A DNA stretch of 64,000 nt from an uncultured Verrucomicrobiae bacterium (GTDB lineage: Bacteria > Verrucomicrobiota > Verrucomicrobiia > Chthoniobacterales > UBA10450): contig CAVWPA010000003.1 of the NCBI GenBank assembly GCA_963756875.1, forward strand, positions 480,001 through 544,000, given 5' to 3'. Numbering within the stretch: the stretch's first letter is position 1; each line of letters begins with the position of its first letter. Below the pieces are notes generated by a model. It was given only the letters and a program-made list of their open reading frames with translations. It ran no database searches and had not been told where the DNA came from. The position numbers and the translations under genes are program-made. Shown here one piece after another: positions 39,358 through 49,508 of the stretch.

Positions 39358-40052
39358 CTCCCTTTCTTTTCGTAAACAACCGCAAACGAATACGGTCCAA
39401 GCGACTCGTGCGACGCGATCTTTTGCAGGTTGCCAAGCTCAGCCGCCTTCCCGTCAACGTAACGAATGGAAAAGGTTGGAATCGCGTGATGCGCATTTCC
39501 CACGACGCCGTCGGGACTGATTTGCCCGGTCCAACGGCAGTACCGCAGATAACGTTGCTGGTCCGGCAGCAACAAAACCAGCTTTCCGCCAGGGCGCAGG
39601 ACGCGCACCCACTCGCGCAGAACACCGCTCGTTTCGGGCTCCGGAAAATCCTCCAAAACATGTGACGAGTAGACGTAGTCGAGCACGTCGTTCCGCAACC
39701 AGAATAAATTCCGGCAATCGCCGGGGAGCTGAACGGGTCTTCGACCCACCGCGGTATAAGGCATCGGAAGGTCCATTCCAATTGCGGAGGGTGTGATCGG
39801 ATCGCCGCCAAAGCCTATGTCGAGCCCGCAACCGACGCAGAATTTCTCGAGAACGGAGCGGTACCGCGATGTCTCGCTTCGAAACAGGACGACTCTGGCA
39901 ATTGCCGAGTATGCGTTGTCGCCAATGATGCCGCGAAGCGCGGCCTTCAAGTTCTTGATGAGGCGCCCGACGAACGGCGCCTTATCCGATTCATCGTTGG
40001 CCGGTGAGTGGAGTGCCGGTCGTTCTGTGAGTACAAAGCTCTCCGTTTTCAT
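39354..40052 (-). CDS. Class I SAM-dependent methyltransferase
   Basis: LDIGFGG, DYVYSSHVLE, EWVRVLRPGG. Confidence 0.85.
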   Translation of the reverse strand: MKTESFVLTERPALHSPANDESDKAPFVGRLIKNLKAALRGIIGDNAYSAIARVVLFRSETSRYRSVLEKFCVGCGLDIGFGGDPITPSAIGMDLPMPYTAVGRRPVQLPGDCRNLFWLRNDVLDYVYSSHVLEDFPEPETSGVLREWVRVLRPGGKLVLLLPDQQRYLRYCRWTGQISPDGVVGNAHHAIPTFSIRYVDGKAAELGNLQKIASHESLGPYSFAVVYEKKGS

Positions 40053-40080
40053 CTCTCTTCAACGGCACCCATGCTGAGCA

Positions 40081-41849
40081 TCACTTACCGAATCCAAGAT
40101 GGAACGGGTCGTATCCATAGCTTCTCCTGGGGTTCGTAAACATTCCGAGACGGGCGAGGGCATTGCTGCCGATAACAATGGCGCTGCCCTGCTTTTCAAG
40201 AACCGCAATTGCCTGAGGCGTCAATCGGTACAGAGAGACGATGATTGGTCTTTGCTCTAAAAATGGATCGTTGCGAACGAGATCCGCTGAGTACCAGGCT
40301 TCGCGCGGATCGATGGCAACGATGTTCGCGGGCACGGCACGCAACACCGCAGCGGCGCGCGCGTAGGGTCGGACAAATGTTTCGGCCTGGAAACAACGCA
40401 ATGGGAATTGGACCAGGATCGACGCCACAATTCCCGCGGCAACGAAGGCCAGCGCACGCCGTTGGCCGATGGCAACCGACAATCGATTGAATCCGACGAC
40501 GGCAAGCAGGATGAAGCAAACAATTACGCCGTGGAAATATCGGTAGCCCCAGCCGTGGGCTTGGTCGAGGTAGAAGAAAAAATAGAAACCGAACGTCACC
40601 AGGCAGCTGACCGCTGCATCCTGCAAAATCGGTGGAAGCCGGAAGAAACGGCCTGCGCCGAGAATGACCAGCAACGGCGTTGCCAGGCAGCTCCAACTGA
40701 TGATGAGCAGAAGATTCATCGGCTGAATGATCGCCATGCGCGGATTGAATAACCGAAACGTGCTTTCAACTGCGCCGGCTCCAAAGTGGGATCGAAACTG
40801 GATTGACCACCAGAGCCAGAGCGCGCATCCGCCAAGATAGATACCGGCAAAAATGAAGCTGGTCCGCCATCTTCGTTGCAAAACAAGGCGGAAGAGAAAA
40901 GGTGCGACGAAGAGCGCGTGAAAAACCGGCTGATGCAATCCCAGCGCTAGGAGACCGACGAAGGGCGCCAGAAAAAACCGGCGCCTGTCGGGCCGCGAAT
41001 AAAGCCACAACCAGATGGTGTTCAAGGCCAGATGGGCCGGCATCGCGTAGGACGTCATGGACATGAGCAGGAACTGCGATGAGCTGGCGAGCAGGCCGAC
41101 AGCAATCAGTGCGTTCATTTTCGCCTCCGGCCAGACGTTTCGCGCTATGCCGTAAACTGCCAGCACAGTCACGGCGGCGAGGAACGGATTCAGCAGAGTT
41201 TGCAGGTTGAAAAACTGAAAGGCGGCGCGCATCGCCGCGTAAACCGGCAGATAGGTTGCGTTCCAACGATGCGTCGCGGGGAAATAATCGACGTAGGTTG
41301 GCTTAATCACACGCACGGCGTCAACCCACGCCGCTGGAACTTCCGCCTGAAGTTCGTCCCCTCAGGAAGATCCTGGCTTGAAAGTCAGCCAGATATTCGT
41401 CTGCCGTCAGCGCATAATCGTGAAAGACAATTTGAGTCCCGACTACCGTAATGACGAACACGCCGATTGCGACGATTGCGAGGCCCCATTTTTCGCGGCC
41501 GACAATCCATTCCGTTACCCGTCGAGCAGCCACTTTCATCGGTTTGCGGAACATCCTCCAGGCAGCCGTGCCGGAGAAAAGAAAGACGACAACCAGGCCG
41601 GCTACTTCATTGCGCGCGAAAAGGACGTAAAAAACGTTGAACCAGAATCGCGGGTCGGGATTTCCGGCGGGAACGGTCCGCAGCCAGAGGGCGAACGCAA
41701 TTCCGATTACGGCAAGAGCAGCGATGGCTAAGAGAATGGTCGCTGGTTTGCGCTCCGGGCGCGCGCGCTGGTGCGTGAGCAGTCGTTTCTCCCGCAGTTA
41801 TCGCGAATTCGGGCAGGTTTTCCGCGATGGGCTCATACGTAGAAAGCAT
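40081..41849 (-). CDS. GT-C-type membrane glycosyltransferase; frameshifts near 41760 and 41357
   Basis: DE...FQA.IF..G acidic loop, multi-TM body, GYRY; three consecutive frame segments join into one ORF. Confidence 0.65.
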
Positions 41850-41983
41850 TGGCGCAAGGGTTGATGCCTGATTGCGAAGCAGTCGCTGGGCCACCCCCTG
41901 CAGCGCAGAGCACGCAGACCAGGATCGATAATTCAAAGATCGACATCGTGAGCACAGGAATTGCACTCTGAGGCCGCGCGGAA

Positions 41984-43205
41984 ATGGACAAGCATGCTTC
42001 ATCACCCCGGCTGACAAAGTGGTCGCTGAGTCTCCTGATTGTTATCTTGGGCGCTGGAATTTTTCTGCGCGCGTGGCCAAGCACGGGCTTTAGGCATCTC
42101 GGCTACGACGAGGGAGTTTATGCCCGGTATGTTCAAACCGCGCTGAAGGAGGGGCTCTGGAGCTACCCGGAGATTGTGACTGCCTATGTGCAATGGCAGA
42201 AAGAACGACCCGACGCGGTGGTATCTCCAACGCGGGTTACTTTTCTGGTGCCGGCCGTCGTTTTAGCGGAACTTTTCGGGCTCCAACCCCTGACTGCTCT
42301 CCATGGCGTCGCGCTCGCTTCGAGCATCCTTTTACTTCTGGCAACCGCCGCAATCGGTTATCGTCTTGGCGGCACGAAACGCATGCTGGTTCTGACTGCG
42401 CTGATTGCTGTCGCGCCCCTCCAAATTCATCTGGCGCAGCGTTCGCTTGTGGACGGCTGCTTCGCTTTTTGGGCCGTGCTGTGTGCCTGGTTTCTTTGGG
42501 AAAATCTTCAAAAACCCGACCAGAGTGGATGGCTTCTTGCGTATGGAGCGAGCCTGTTCGCTCTGGTATTAACGAAAGAAAACGCGGCGTTCGTTTTTCT
42601 GGCACTGGTCGTGGTGTCGATCGTGTTTGCTCTCTGCAAACTCGGCAGACTGAATTGGCCCCTGGTTTTTGTAAGCGTGATCGCGCCGGGTCTCGCTGTT
42701 TTGTTTCTCGCCATGCTGGTTGGGGGAGTTGGAGAATGGATCTCATTTTACCGGGCGTTCGTTCAGAAATCGGCGACGCTTAGCTATGCAGCGCGGCTTC
42801 AGGATGGTGCGTGGTACCGTTACCTCGTCGATTTTACCCTCCTCTCGCCTTTGATCATTGCATTGGCGTTTGGCGCGCTTTTCCAGATCAAAAAGGAATC
42901 GAAGCCGGACATTTTCTGGTCTGTTTTTCTCGGGGCCAGTTTTATCGCGATGTCCAGCATTCCGCATGGAATGAGCCTGCGTTTTGCCGCGTACTGGGAT
43001 GTGCCGCTGCGCTGGCTGGCCGCCTCACAAGTCCTTCTACTTGCGGATCGTTTTCCGCGTATCAAAACGTGGACCATCTTGATCGGTCTCGTCCTGATTT
43101 TGACCACGGTCGATTTGTTGCAGGACCTGGCGCTTTTTCGTTCACGGAGGCATCTATGACCCCGTCAGCCTCCAACTCTTTCGCGCCTCGAAGTTAATCA
43201 AGTAA
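41984..43205 (+). CDS. GT39/ArnT-like GT-C membrane glycosyltransferase; frameshift near 43125
   Basis: GYDEGVY after TM1, LTKE motif, multi-TM; C-terminus WRFFVHGGIYDPV in the next frame. Confidence 0.7.
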
Positions 43206-43227
43206 CAGGCAGGAACACTTCTCGCAC

Positions 43228-43243
43228 TGGCACATGTGCTGCT
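43228..43243 (+). promoter_or_regulatory. sigma54 -24/-12 promoter candidate
   Basis: TGGCAC-ATGTG-CTGCT. Confidence 0.65.
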
Positions 43244-43256
43244 CCTTTTTCGGGGA

Positions 43257-44096
43257 ATGTGCGACCCCATTGCATCTGCTGAAGTCGCGGGTCGTCTTTT
43301 CGCGACCGCTTGGGACCGCCACAAGGGTCAACACCACGAAAATGGCCGTGTTGATTTAAGTCTGGTTCTACCCACGTACAACGAGCGTGAAAATATGGGA
43401 GAACTTTTTGCTCGGATCGATCGCGCCCTAGCCGGTAGTTGCTTTGAAGTGATCCTGGTTGACGATGATTCTCCCGACCGGACCTGGGCCGTCGCGCAAA
43501 AATTTCAGAGACTTTACCCATGGCTTCGTGTGATTCGACGCCAGAACGCTCGCGGACTGGCGTCCGCCGTGATCTACGGCTTTCGCCATTGCCGCGGTGA
43601 GGTCCTTGGTGTCATGGATGCCGACCTGCAACATGACGCCGCACTGTTGCCCGCGCTTCTCGCGGAAATGGATTGCGCTGATTTCGCCGTCGCTACCAGG
43701 CGCGCCGCTGGCGGAAGCGACGGCAAGTGGTCGAAGTTACGCCGGCTCGCGAGTCTTCTTGCGACCGCTTTCGCTCGCTGGATGACAAGCATGCCTCTCT
43801 CAGATCCCATGTCGGGCTTCTTCCTCGTTCGACGCGAGATTTTTCAATCGATCGACGCCGATTTACGACCGCGTGGCTACAAAGTTTTGATGTACCTGTA
43901 CGCCAAGGCCGCGCAGCGATTCGGGGGAGGCGCGCTTCGTCTGGCAGAAGTCGGATATCAATTCGCCAAGCGGGCGCACGGGCGAAGCAAGCTGTCGCTC
44001 GCCGTGATCATTGATTATTTTCTGATGTTAATGGGGCTGCGCCTTCGGGGCAGAGCCGGCGCGCGTCGCCCTCAATGGTCGCACGCGGCGTTTTAG
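43257..44096 (+). CDS. Polyprenol-phosphate-mannose synthase (Ppm1/Dpm1-like GT2)
   Basis: PTYNEREN, VDDDSPD.T, GL..A...G, MDADLQH, DPMSGFF, R..G.SKL; start uncertain. Confidence 0.85.
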   Translation: MCDPIASAEVAGRLFATAWDRHKGQHHENGRVDLSLVLPTYNERENMGELFARIDRALAGSCFEVILVDDDSPDRTWAVAQKFQRLYPWLRVIRRQNARGLASAVIYGFRHCRGEVLGVMDADLQHDAALLPALLAEMDCADFAVATRRAAGGSDGKWSKLRRLASLLATAFARWMTSMPLSDPMSGFFLVRREIFQSIDADLRPRGYKVLMYLYAKAAQRFGGGALRLAEVGYQFAKRAHGRSKLSLAVIIDYFLMLMGLRLRGRAGARRPQWSHAAF

Positions 44097-44141
44097 GAGA
44101 CGTTGCTCGGGTCGAGCGGCGTCTCGAGGGCGATACTGGTT

Positions 44142-46028
44142 CTAAGGATGCACCGGCTGCGTTCCGATTTGCTCGCCAAGTTCCAGGAACTCGTGCTGAT
44201 TTGGTTCAAGCGCAATTGCCCGTTCAATTTCGAGTTTTGCCTGCTCCCTCTCGCCAAGATCCAAAAGCGCTTTTGCGAGAAGGTAGTGGGCCTTGGCTTC
44301 GTACGGAGCTCGCGCAACCGCTTGCTCGAAAAAATGCCGGGCTTCGGAAAAACGTCCTGACTGCAGCATAATCACTCCGAGGTTGTTCAGCGCGCCCTTG
44401 TGCTGCGGATCGAATCGAACGACAGCGCGGTAAAACGCGGCCGCTTCATCAGGGTGTCCTTCCGCCAGTCGCAGGTTACCAAGCGCGAAAATGGTTTCAC
44501 TATTTCCAGGAACGTAGGCGTACGCGATGGCGAGCTTCTTCTCGGCAAGGGGAAGATTGTTCGACTCAAGCGCTTGCCACCCGGAATTGTAAGCATCCAG
44601 CGCCCATAACGACGGACTGCGCTGTGGCCACGCAACAAACAGCGTCGATCCGGCGAGAAGCGCGAAATAGATCGCGACCGTGGCGAGTCGATTGTTCGCG
44701 CAGGCTCGCCACAGCAGCGACAATCCCAACGCCGCGAAAATGAGCAAGCCCGGCACCGCCACGAGCCGATAGCGTTCGGTGATAAAAACTGGGAGAAGAG
44801 CAAACATCGACAACAAAATCGCCGCCGTGATCCAGCGGGATGCAGGGACAAATCGCCATCCGAGCACAATTCCCGGAAGTGCCAGGGCCGCGACAATGGA
44901 GAAATAGAGTCCCGGCAGAATAACGCCTTGCTCGCGCAAATTCGTGATGATGCTGAGATCGTCGTATTGGAAAGCGTTCCAAAAATTACGCAGCTTGATT
45001 GCAAGGAGTTTCACCCAATGTCCAAAGTGTGTTTGGATGTAATGGGTCGCTTTGGCAGACCAATAAGCCGACACGTCGGCGCGTTTAAGCGGATGTCCGA
45101 CAGCCGCCTCCGCTTGCGTAATCGAATCCTGAAGCATGGCGGCTTGTCCGGCGCGAAGGCCTGGCGGGAAACGGGGGTACCCGTTCGCTTCGGGATTATT
45201 GCCGATCCAGAAATTAATGCCGCTGTGCGCGGAAAGAAAAACCGGATCCCGCGCAATCAAATAGTTGTGAATCCAACAGGGCGAGGTGCCGAGGACGACG
45301 GCGCCAATCAAGATCGCGCCGCGCTTCGCGACCATGCGCCACCGATCGCTGATATCGAGATTCGATTGAATCGCTAGAGCGCCGAGAACGAGCGGGATGA
45401 TGACCAGGATTGTGGCAACGCCGGTTGCGACGATGCCGATGAGTAGTCCAAGCCAAAAGCATTCTTTCGCACTGGGCGCATCGTTGGTTCGAGTAACTCG
45501 CCAGACCACGAACCAAAAGAAGAAAACAAACCAGACCGTCGGCATTAGGATGACCGCATAAGCCTGCGCCGGAACAAAAAATGCCCAGCCGAGCGCCGCT
45601 GCGGCAGCTACGACTCTCGCGCCTCTCTTGTGGTCTATTTGAACGGAGGACAAAAACGATCGCGCCGGGAATAACTCGGCCGAATGCAACACTCGGAGGG
45701 CCATTTTGTAGACAAGAAACGCCGTGCCGGCGTCGAGTGCCGCCTGAAGGAGACCGGGGATCAGCAGGTTGTAACCAAAGAGCTTGTAAAGAAGTGCCAG
45801 CAGGTACGCGTAACCGGGCAATCCATAGAAGGCCAGCGTTGCGCCCACTTTCCCGTGCAGGATCCTCAGGGCCCAATCGTTGTAAAAATGCATGTCTCCC
45901 CGCGTCGGGACGAGAAACGGCGACGAGGCCAAGCGAGCGAGGACAAACATCCTCACGGCGAGGACCGTGGCAAAGATGAGGTAGTCAGGCCCAAGTGAGA
46001 GCCGTCGCAGCCGGGATGGGGTTTTCAC
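44142..46028 (-). CDS. GT-C (GT39-like) membrane glycosyltransferase with C-terminal TPRs
   Basis: D..FY..WA, P.Y.YLLA, G.NFWIGNN, RYR motifs; TPR tail; divergent from the pilins. Confidence 0.75.
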   Translation of the reverse strand: MKTPSRLRRLSLGPDYLIFATVLAVRMFVLARLASSPFLVPTRGDMHFYNDWALRILHGKVGATLAFYGLPGYAYLLALLYKLFGYNLLIPGLLQAALDAGTAFLVYKMALRVLHSAELFPARSFLSSVQIDHKRGARVVAAAAALGWAFFVPAQAYAVILMPTVWFVFFFWFVVWRVTRTNDAPSAKECFWLGLLIGIVATGVATILVIIPLVLGALAIQSNLDISDRWRMVAKRGAILIGAVVLGTSPCWIHNYLIARDPVFLSAHSGINFWIGNNPEANGYPRFPPGLRAGQAAMLQDSITQAEAAVGHPLKRADVSAYWSAKATHYIQTHFGHWVKLLAIKLRNFWNAFQYDDLSIITNLREQGVILPGLYFSIVAALALPGIVLGWRFVPASRWITAAILLSMFALLPVFITERYRLVAVPGLLIFAALGLSLLWRACANNRLATVAIYFALLAGSTLFVAWPQRSPSLWALDAYNSGWQALESNNLPLAEKKLAIAYAYVPGNSETIFALGNLRLAEGHPDEAAAFYRAVVRFDPQHKGALNNLGVIMLQSGRFSEARHFFEQAVARAPYEAKAHYLLAKALLDLGEREQAKLEIERAIALEPNQHEFLELGEQIGTQPVHP

Positions 46029-46079
46029 AGGTTAGGCCCGACACGGTTGTCGGAAAATGTCTGATTTAATTGACCCGGT

Positions 46080-46095
46080 TGGCATCTACGCTGCT
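46080..46095 (+). promoter_or_regulatory. sigma54 promoter of pilin copy 1
   Basis: TGGCAT-CTACG-CTGCT. Confidence 0.7.
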
Positions 46096-46172
46096 GGAAA
46101 ACACGTGGTTTCCTGCGACAGACGTCGCAGGACGCAATCCAAACAAATCATAAATAAAGGGAAAGCAATAGC

Positions 46173-46577
46173 ATGTTAAACGCCATCAATAAACGCCGCG
46201 GGGGCTTCACGCTCGTGGAAATCATGATCGTGGTTGCGATCATCGCACTGCTTGCAGCGATCGCCGTCCCGGGGTTTCTCCGGGCGCGCAAACGCTCGCA
46301 AGCCACCCGAATTCTGAACGATCTGCGAATGATCGATTCAGCGGTTGACCAATATGCGATCGAGACCAACCGGAGCACCGGGAACACTGTTGCCGTGCAG
46401 GATTGGACGAACTACCTCAAAAAGGGAACTGCCCTCTACAACACCGGCAAAGACCTCCTTGGAAACACTTACGGTGCGCAGGCCGTGGATACTCTGCCGA
46501 AGGTTCCGACGGCCAGTTTCGCTGCCCTGTCGGACGTCGCTCCGGCCGTGTTTTGGTCTCCGTATTCGGCCAACTAA
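46173..46577 (+). CDS. Type IV pilin, copy 1
   Basis: Class III signal KRRGG/FTLVEIMIVVAIIALLAAIAVP with E+5. Confidence 0.92.
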   Translation: MLNAINKRRGGFTLVEIMIVVAIIALLAAIAVPGFLRARKRSQATRILNDLRMIDSAVDQYAIETNRSTGNTVAVQDWTNYLKKGTALYNTGKDLLGNTYGAQAVDTLPKVPTASFAALSDVAPAVFWSPYSAN

Positions 46578-46714
46578 CGAATCTGACGATTCATTCTCCT
46601 GTCATCGCCCCACGCGGGCAGTGGCAGAGAATGAGTTCTGAGGCAGACTAGGTTGGAGGGACATTTTGACCCGCTCCAAGTCCCCCCCGGCAAATGCATC
46701 ATAATTTTAAGAAT

Positions 46715-46730
46715 TGGCATCATCGCTGCT
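46715..46730 (+). promoter_or_regulatory. sigma54 promoter of pilin copy 2
   Basis: TGGCAT-CATCG-CTGCT. Confidence 0.7.
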
Positions 46731-46804
46731 CTTTAAAGGGCTGATCCGCGATCGGAATCGCGGGACGCAGTTAAACAAACCAGAGATAAAAGGAAAGCAA
46801 TAGC

Positions 46805-47209
46805 ATGTTAAACGCCATCAATAAACGCCGCGGGGGCTTCACCCTCGTGGAAATCATGATCGTGGTTGCGATCATCGCACTGCTTGCAGCGATCGCCGTC
46901 CCGGGGTTTCTCCGGGCGCGCAAACGCTCGCAAGCCACCCGAATTCTGAACGATCTGCGAATGATCGATTCAGCGGTTGACCAATATGCGATCGAGACCA
47001 ACCGGAGCACCGGGAACACTGTTGCCGTGCAGGATTGGACGAACTACCTCAAAAAGGGAACTGTCCTCTACAACACCGGCAAAGACCTCCTTGGAAACAC
47101 TTACGGTGCGCAGGCCGTGGATACTCTGCCGAAGGTTCCGACGGCTAGTTTCGCTACCCTGTCGGACGTCGCTCCGGCCGAGTTTTGGTCTCCGTATTCG
47201 GCCAACTAA
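46805..47209 (+). CDS. Type IV pilin, copy 2
   Basis: As copy 1, with three amino-acid changes (A>V, A>T, V>E). Confidence 0.92.
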   Translation: MLNAINKRRGGFTLVEIMIVVAIIALLAAIAVPGFLRARKRSQATRILNDLRMIDSAVDQYAIETNRSTGNTVAVQDWTNYLKKGTVLYNTGKDLLGNTYGAQAVDTLPKVPTASFATLSDVAPAEFWSPYSAN

Positions 47210-47269
47210 CGAATCTGACGATTCATTCTCCTGTCATCGCTGCCAAACGGCGCTGGCAGGGAATGAGTT

Positions 47270-49426
47270 GTGAGAGCCGACTCAAAACAAACCCCACTGG
47301 CAACGAGCCCTTCGAACCGAACCGCCGTTTGCCAGCTTAAAAAGCTGAACCGGTATCTCTTTGCCGATTGGTTTCGCTGTCTGCTCCTCGCGTTGATCGG
47401 ATTCGTGGTGCGGTTGCCCGCCCTGCAAGGGGAGCGCATCTGGGACGATCAATACTTGGTGCACGACAATCCGTTTATCAAAAGTCCCCTTTTGATTCTG
47501 GAGGCGTTCCGGCACCCGCTGTTTCTGGACTCATTCTCGGGCGATTATCGGCCAATCCAGAATGTCTCCTATTTTATCGACTACTTTTTCTGGAATACCG
47601 ACACGTTTGGATTTCACCTGACGAATGTGCTTTTGCACCTGGGCGCGGGCATTTTGCTTTTCTTCCTGGTTAGGCAATTAGTCGGCTCCCTGCTTTTGCG
47701 TGGAGTTCGATTGCCGGCGCGCGATCGCTTTTTGAAAAGAATGCCATGGGTGTCGCATGCTGCTTTCCTGTTGGCGCTCCTTTGGATCGTGCATCCGGTA
47801 CAGAGCGCGGCCGTTGATTACATTTCGGGCCGGGCCGACAGCCTGGCCTTCTTTTTTGCAACCGCCGCCTGGCTGTTGTTCCTGCATGCCCAGCGCGGCA
47901 GGCGGCAGCTTGGTCGCGTCTCGCTGTATTGTCTGGCTGCGGTTTCGGCCTTGCTGGCATTGCTTTCGCGCGAAATCGCCCTTGTATGGATCGTTCTCTT
48001 TCTTGCTCACGTCTTTTTGGTCGAGAGAAACCTTGCATTGCGTACTCGGATGGCCGCATTGCTTTGTTGCGCGGCACTTGGCCTGGCTTATTTGGGCCTT
48101 CGCCAACTGCCGCACCAACCGTTCGTTCCCGCACCACAGCAAGACTGGCAAGGGCCTGTGCGGTCAGTCCTGATGGCGCGCGCGTTAGGCGATTACTGCC
48201 GCCTTATGATTTTCCCATCTAATCTCCACATGGAACGGACGGTGTTTGATCCGGCGAATTATCGTAATAACGCTGATTGGCGCACATCGATTGGTACGGA
48301 GTACCTGTCTATTTTAGGGCTGGTCTTTCTGGCAGTCCTCATTTTCGGGTGTGCCAAGCGAGGGCGCGGCCAGGCCGTCCGGATTTTCGGGGCGGGCTGG
48401 TTTTTGGCCGGTTATCTTCCGGTCTCGAATATTGTTCTTTTGAATGCAACCGTCGCTGAACACTGGCTTTATCTTCCCAGCGTAGGATTTCTCCTATTCT
48501 TGGCAGGTTGCATGTTCGAAGTCCGAGGGAAACATTTGAGAATCGCCGCAGCCTTGGTCGTCCTCTTTGCCGCTGCTGGCTTAAGCGCTCGCAGCTATCT
48601 GCGCAGCACCGATTGGATCAACGCCGAAACGTTCTATCGCCGGACGCTCGCGGCGGGCGGCACGAATCCCCGAATCGGACTTAATCTCGGCCAGATCTAC
48701 GCCAATCGCGGTGACTATGCTAAAGCCGAACGAGTATTTAGGGAGGTGCTCAAGGCGGCACCGGACTACCCCCTTGCTCAGAACAATTTGGCCAGCGCTC
48801 TCGCGCACGAAGGGAAAACCAAGGAAGCAGAAGCCCTTTTTTCTCTGCTGGAGAAAAACTCCCTTCGCAATCGCCAGGAATACCCTCGTACCTGGGTCGG
48901 CGTGTTGAACTTGGCTCGAACGCGTCACAACGCGGGAAACAACCAAGCCGCGTTCGCAATCCTGGAGAAAGCGCGAAAAGAGTATCCCCAGGTTTGGGAG
49001 ATCGTCAGCTTCGAATCGGAGCTCCTTCGCAAAGAGCGGGGGCCTGATGCTGTTTTGAAGCTCGTGGAAGACTTTGCGCATGACAACTGGTGGCATTATG
49101 ACGCGTACCTCGCATTAGGCCGGCTGTATGCCCAGGAAGGCGATGCAACTCGCGCGGAGGCAGCGTTGCGCCATGCCAGCTGGCTCGATATTCACAGTAC
49201 CGATGCCTTGCAGCTCATCGTGCTCATGCGACTGCGTCAGAATCGATTCGAGGAAGCCGCGCAAACACAGCGACGCGCCATCGCTCGGCAGCCCGACGAA
49301 CCGCACCAATACATCCTGCTCTCGAACATCCTGGAAAAAATGGGACGGGAGGATGAGGCCTGCGCCGCGCTCGCGCAAGCGTCGCGACTTCGTGCTTTGG
49401 CCACAGGCAAAGCAGTTGTGAATTAA
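47270..49426 (+). CDS. TMTC-like GT-C protein O-glycosyltransferase with TPRs
   Basis: IWDD..LV.DNP, YRP, FHL.NVLLH, HPV...AV.YISGR, AEHWLYLP, TPRs. Confidence 0.82.
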   Translation: MRADSKQTPLATSPSNRTAVCQLKKLNRYLFADWFRCLLLALIGFVVRLPALQGERIWDDQYLVHDNPFIKSPLLILEAFRHPLFLDSFSGDYRPIQNVSYFIDYFFWNTDTFGFHLTNVLLHLGAGILLFFLVRQLVGSLLLRGVRLPARDRFLKRMPWVSHAAFLLALLWIVHPVQSAAVDYISGRADSLAFFFATAAWLLFLHAQRGRRQLGRVSLYCLAAVSALLALLSREIALVWIVLFLAHVFLVERNLALRTRMAALLCCAALGLAYLGLRQLPHQPFVPAPQQDWQGPVRSVLMARALGDYCRLMIFPSNLHMERTVFDPANYRNNADWRTSIGTEYLSILGLVFLAVLIFGCAKRGRGQAVRIFGAGWFLAGYLPVSNIVLLNATVAEHWLYLPSVGFLLFLAGCMFEVRGKHLRIAAALVVLFAAAGLSARSYLRSTDWINAETFYRRTLAAGGTNPRIGLNLGQIYANRGDYAKAERVFREVLKAAPDYPLAQNNLASALAHEGKTKEAEALFSLLEKNSLRNRQEYPRTWVGVLNLARTRHNAGNNQAAFAILEKARKEYPQVWEIVSFESELLRKERGPDAVLKLVEDFAHDNWWHYDAYLALGRLYAQEGDATRAEAALRHASWLDIHSTDALQLIVLMRLRQNRFEEAAQTQRRAIARQPDEPHQYILLSNILEKMGREDEACAALAQASRLRALATGKAVVN

Positions 49427-49508
49427 GGGCGGACTGGCCGGGTTCATTCGACAGTCGTTTGACTTGGCGCGCTGATTCGTTAGCATCGGCGGCTCGCTTC
49501 GGCGACAT

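Larger units (their letters stand above)
46160..47240 (+). repeat. Direct repeat of about 450 bp (46160-46608 and 46792-47240, offset 632 bp) covering both pilin CDSs
   Basis: Five mismatches counted by eye, all within the 405-nt CDS. Confidence 0.9.

Noticed and set aside
34667..41965. Additional sigma54-like sites near 34667 and 41950
   Set aside because: Each breaks an invariant position (GC at -12 or GG at -24).
46173..47209. Pilin repeat as a diversity-generating retroelement TR/VR pair
   Set aside because: Mismatches are not adenine-specific, both copies have promoters and full ORFs, and there is no reverse transcriptase in the window.
46173..47209. Electrically conductive e-pili linked to the multiheme cytochrome
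   Set aside because: By my count about 11 of 123 mature residues are F/W/Y and position 27 is Ala, not aromatic; the cytochrome is 40 kb away.
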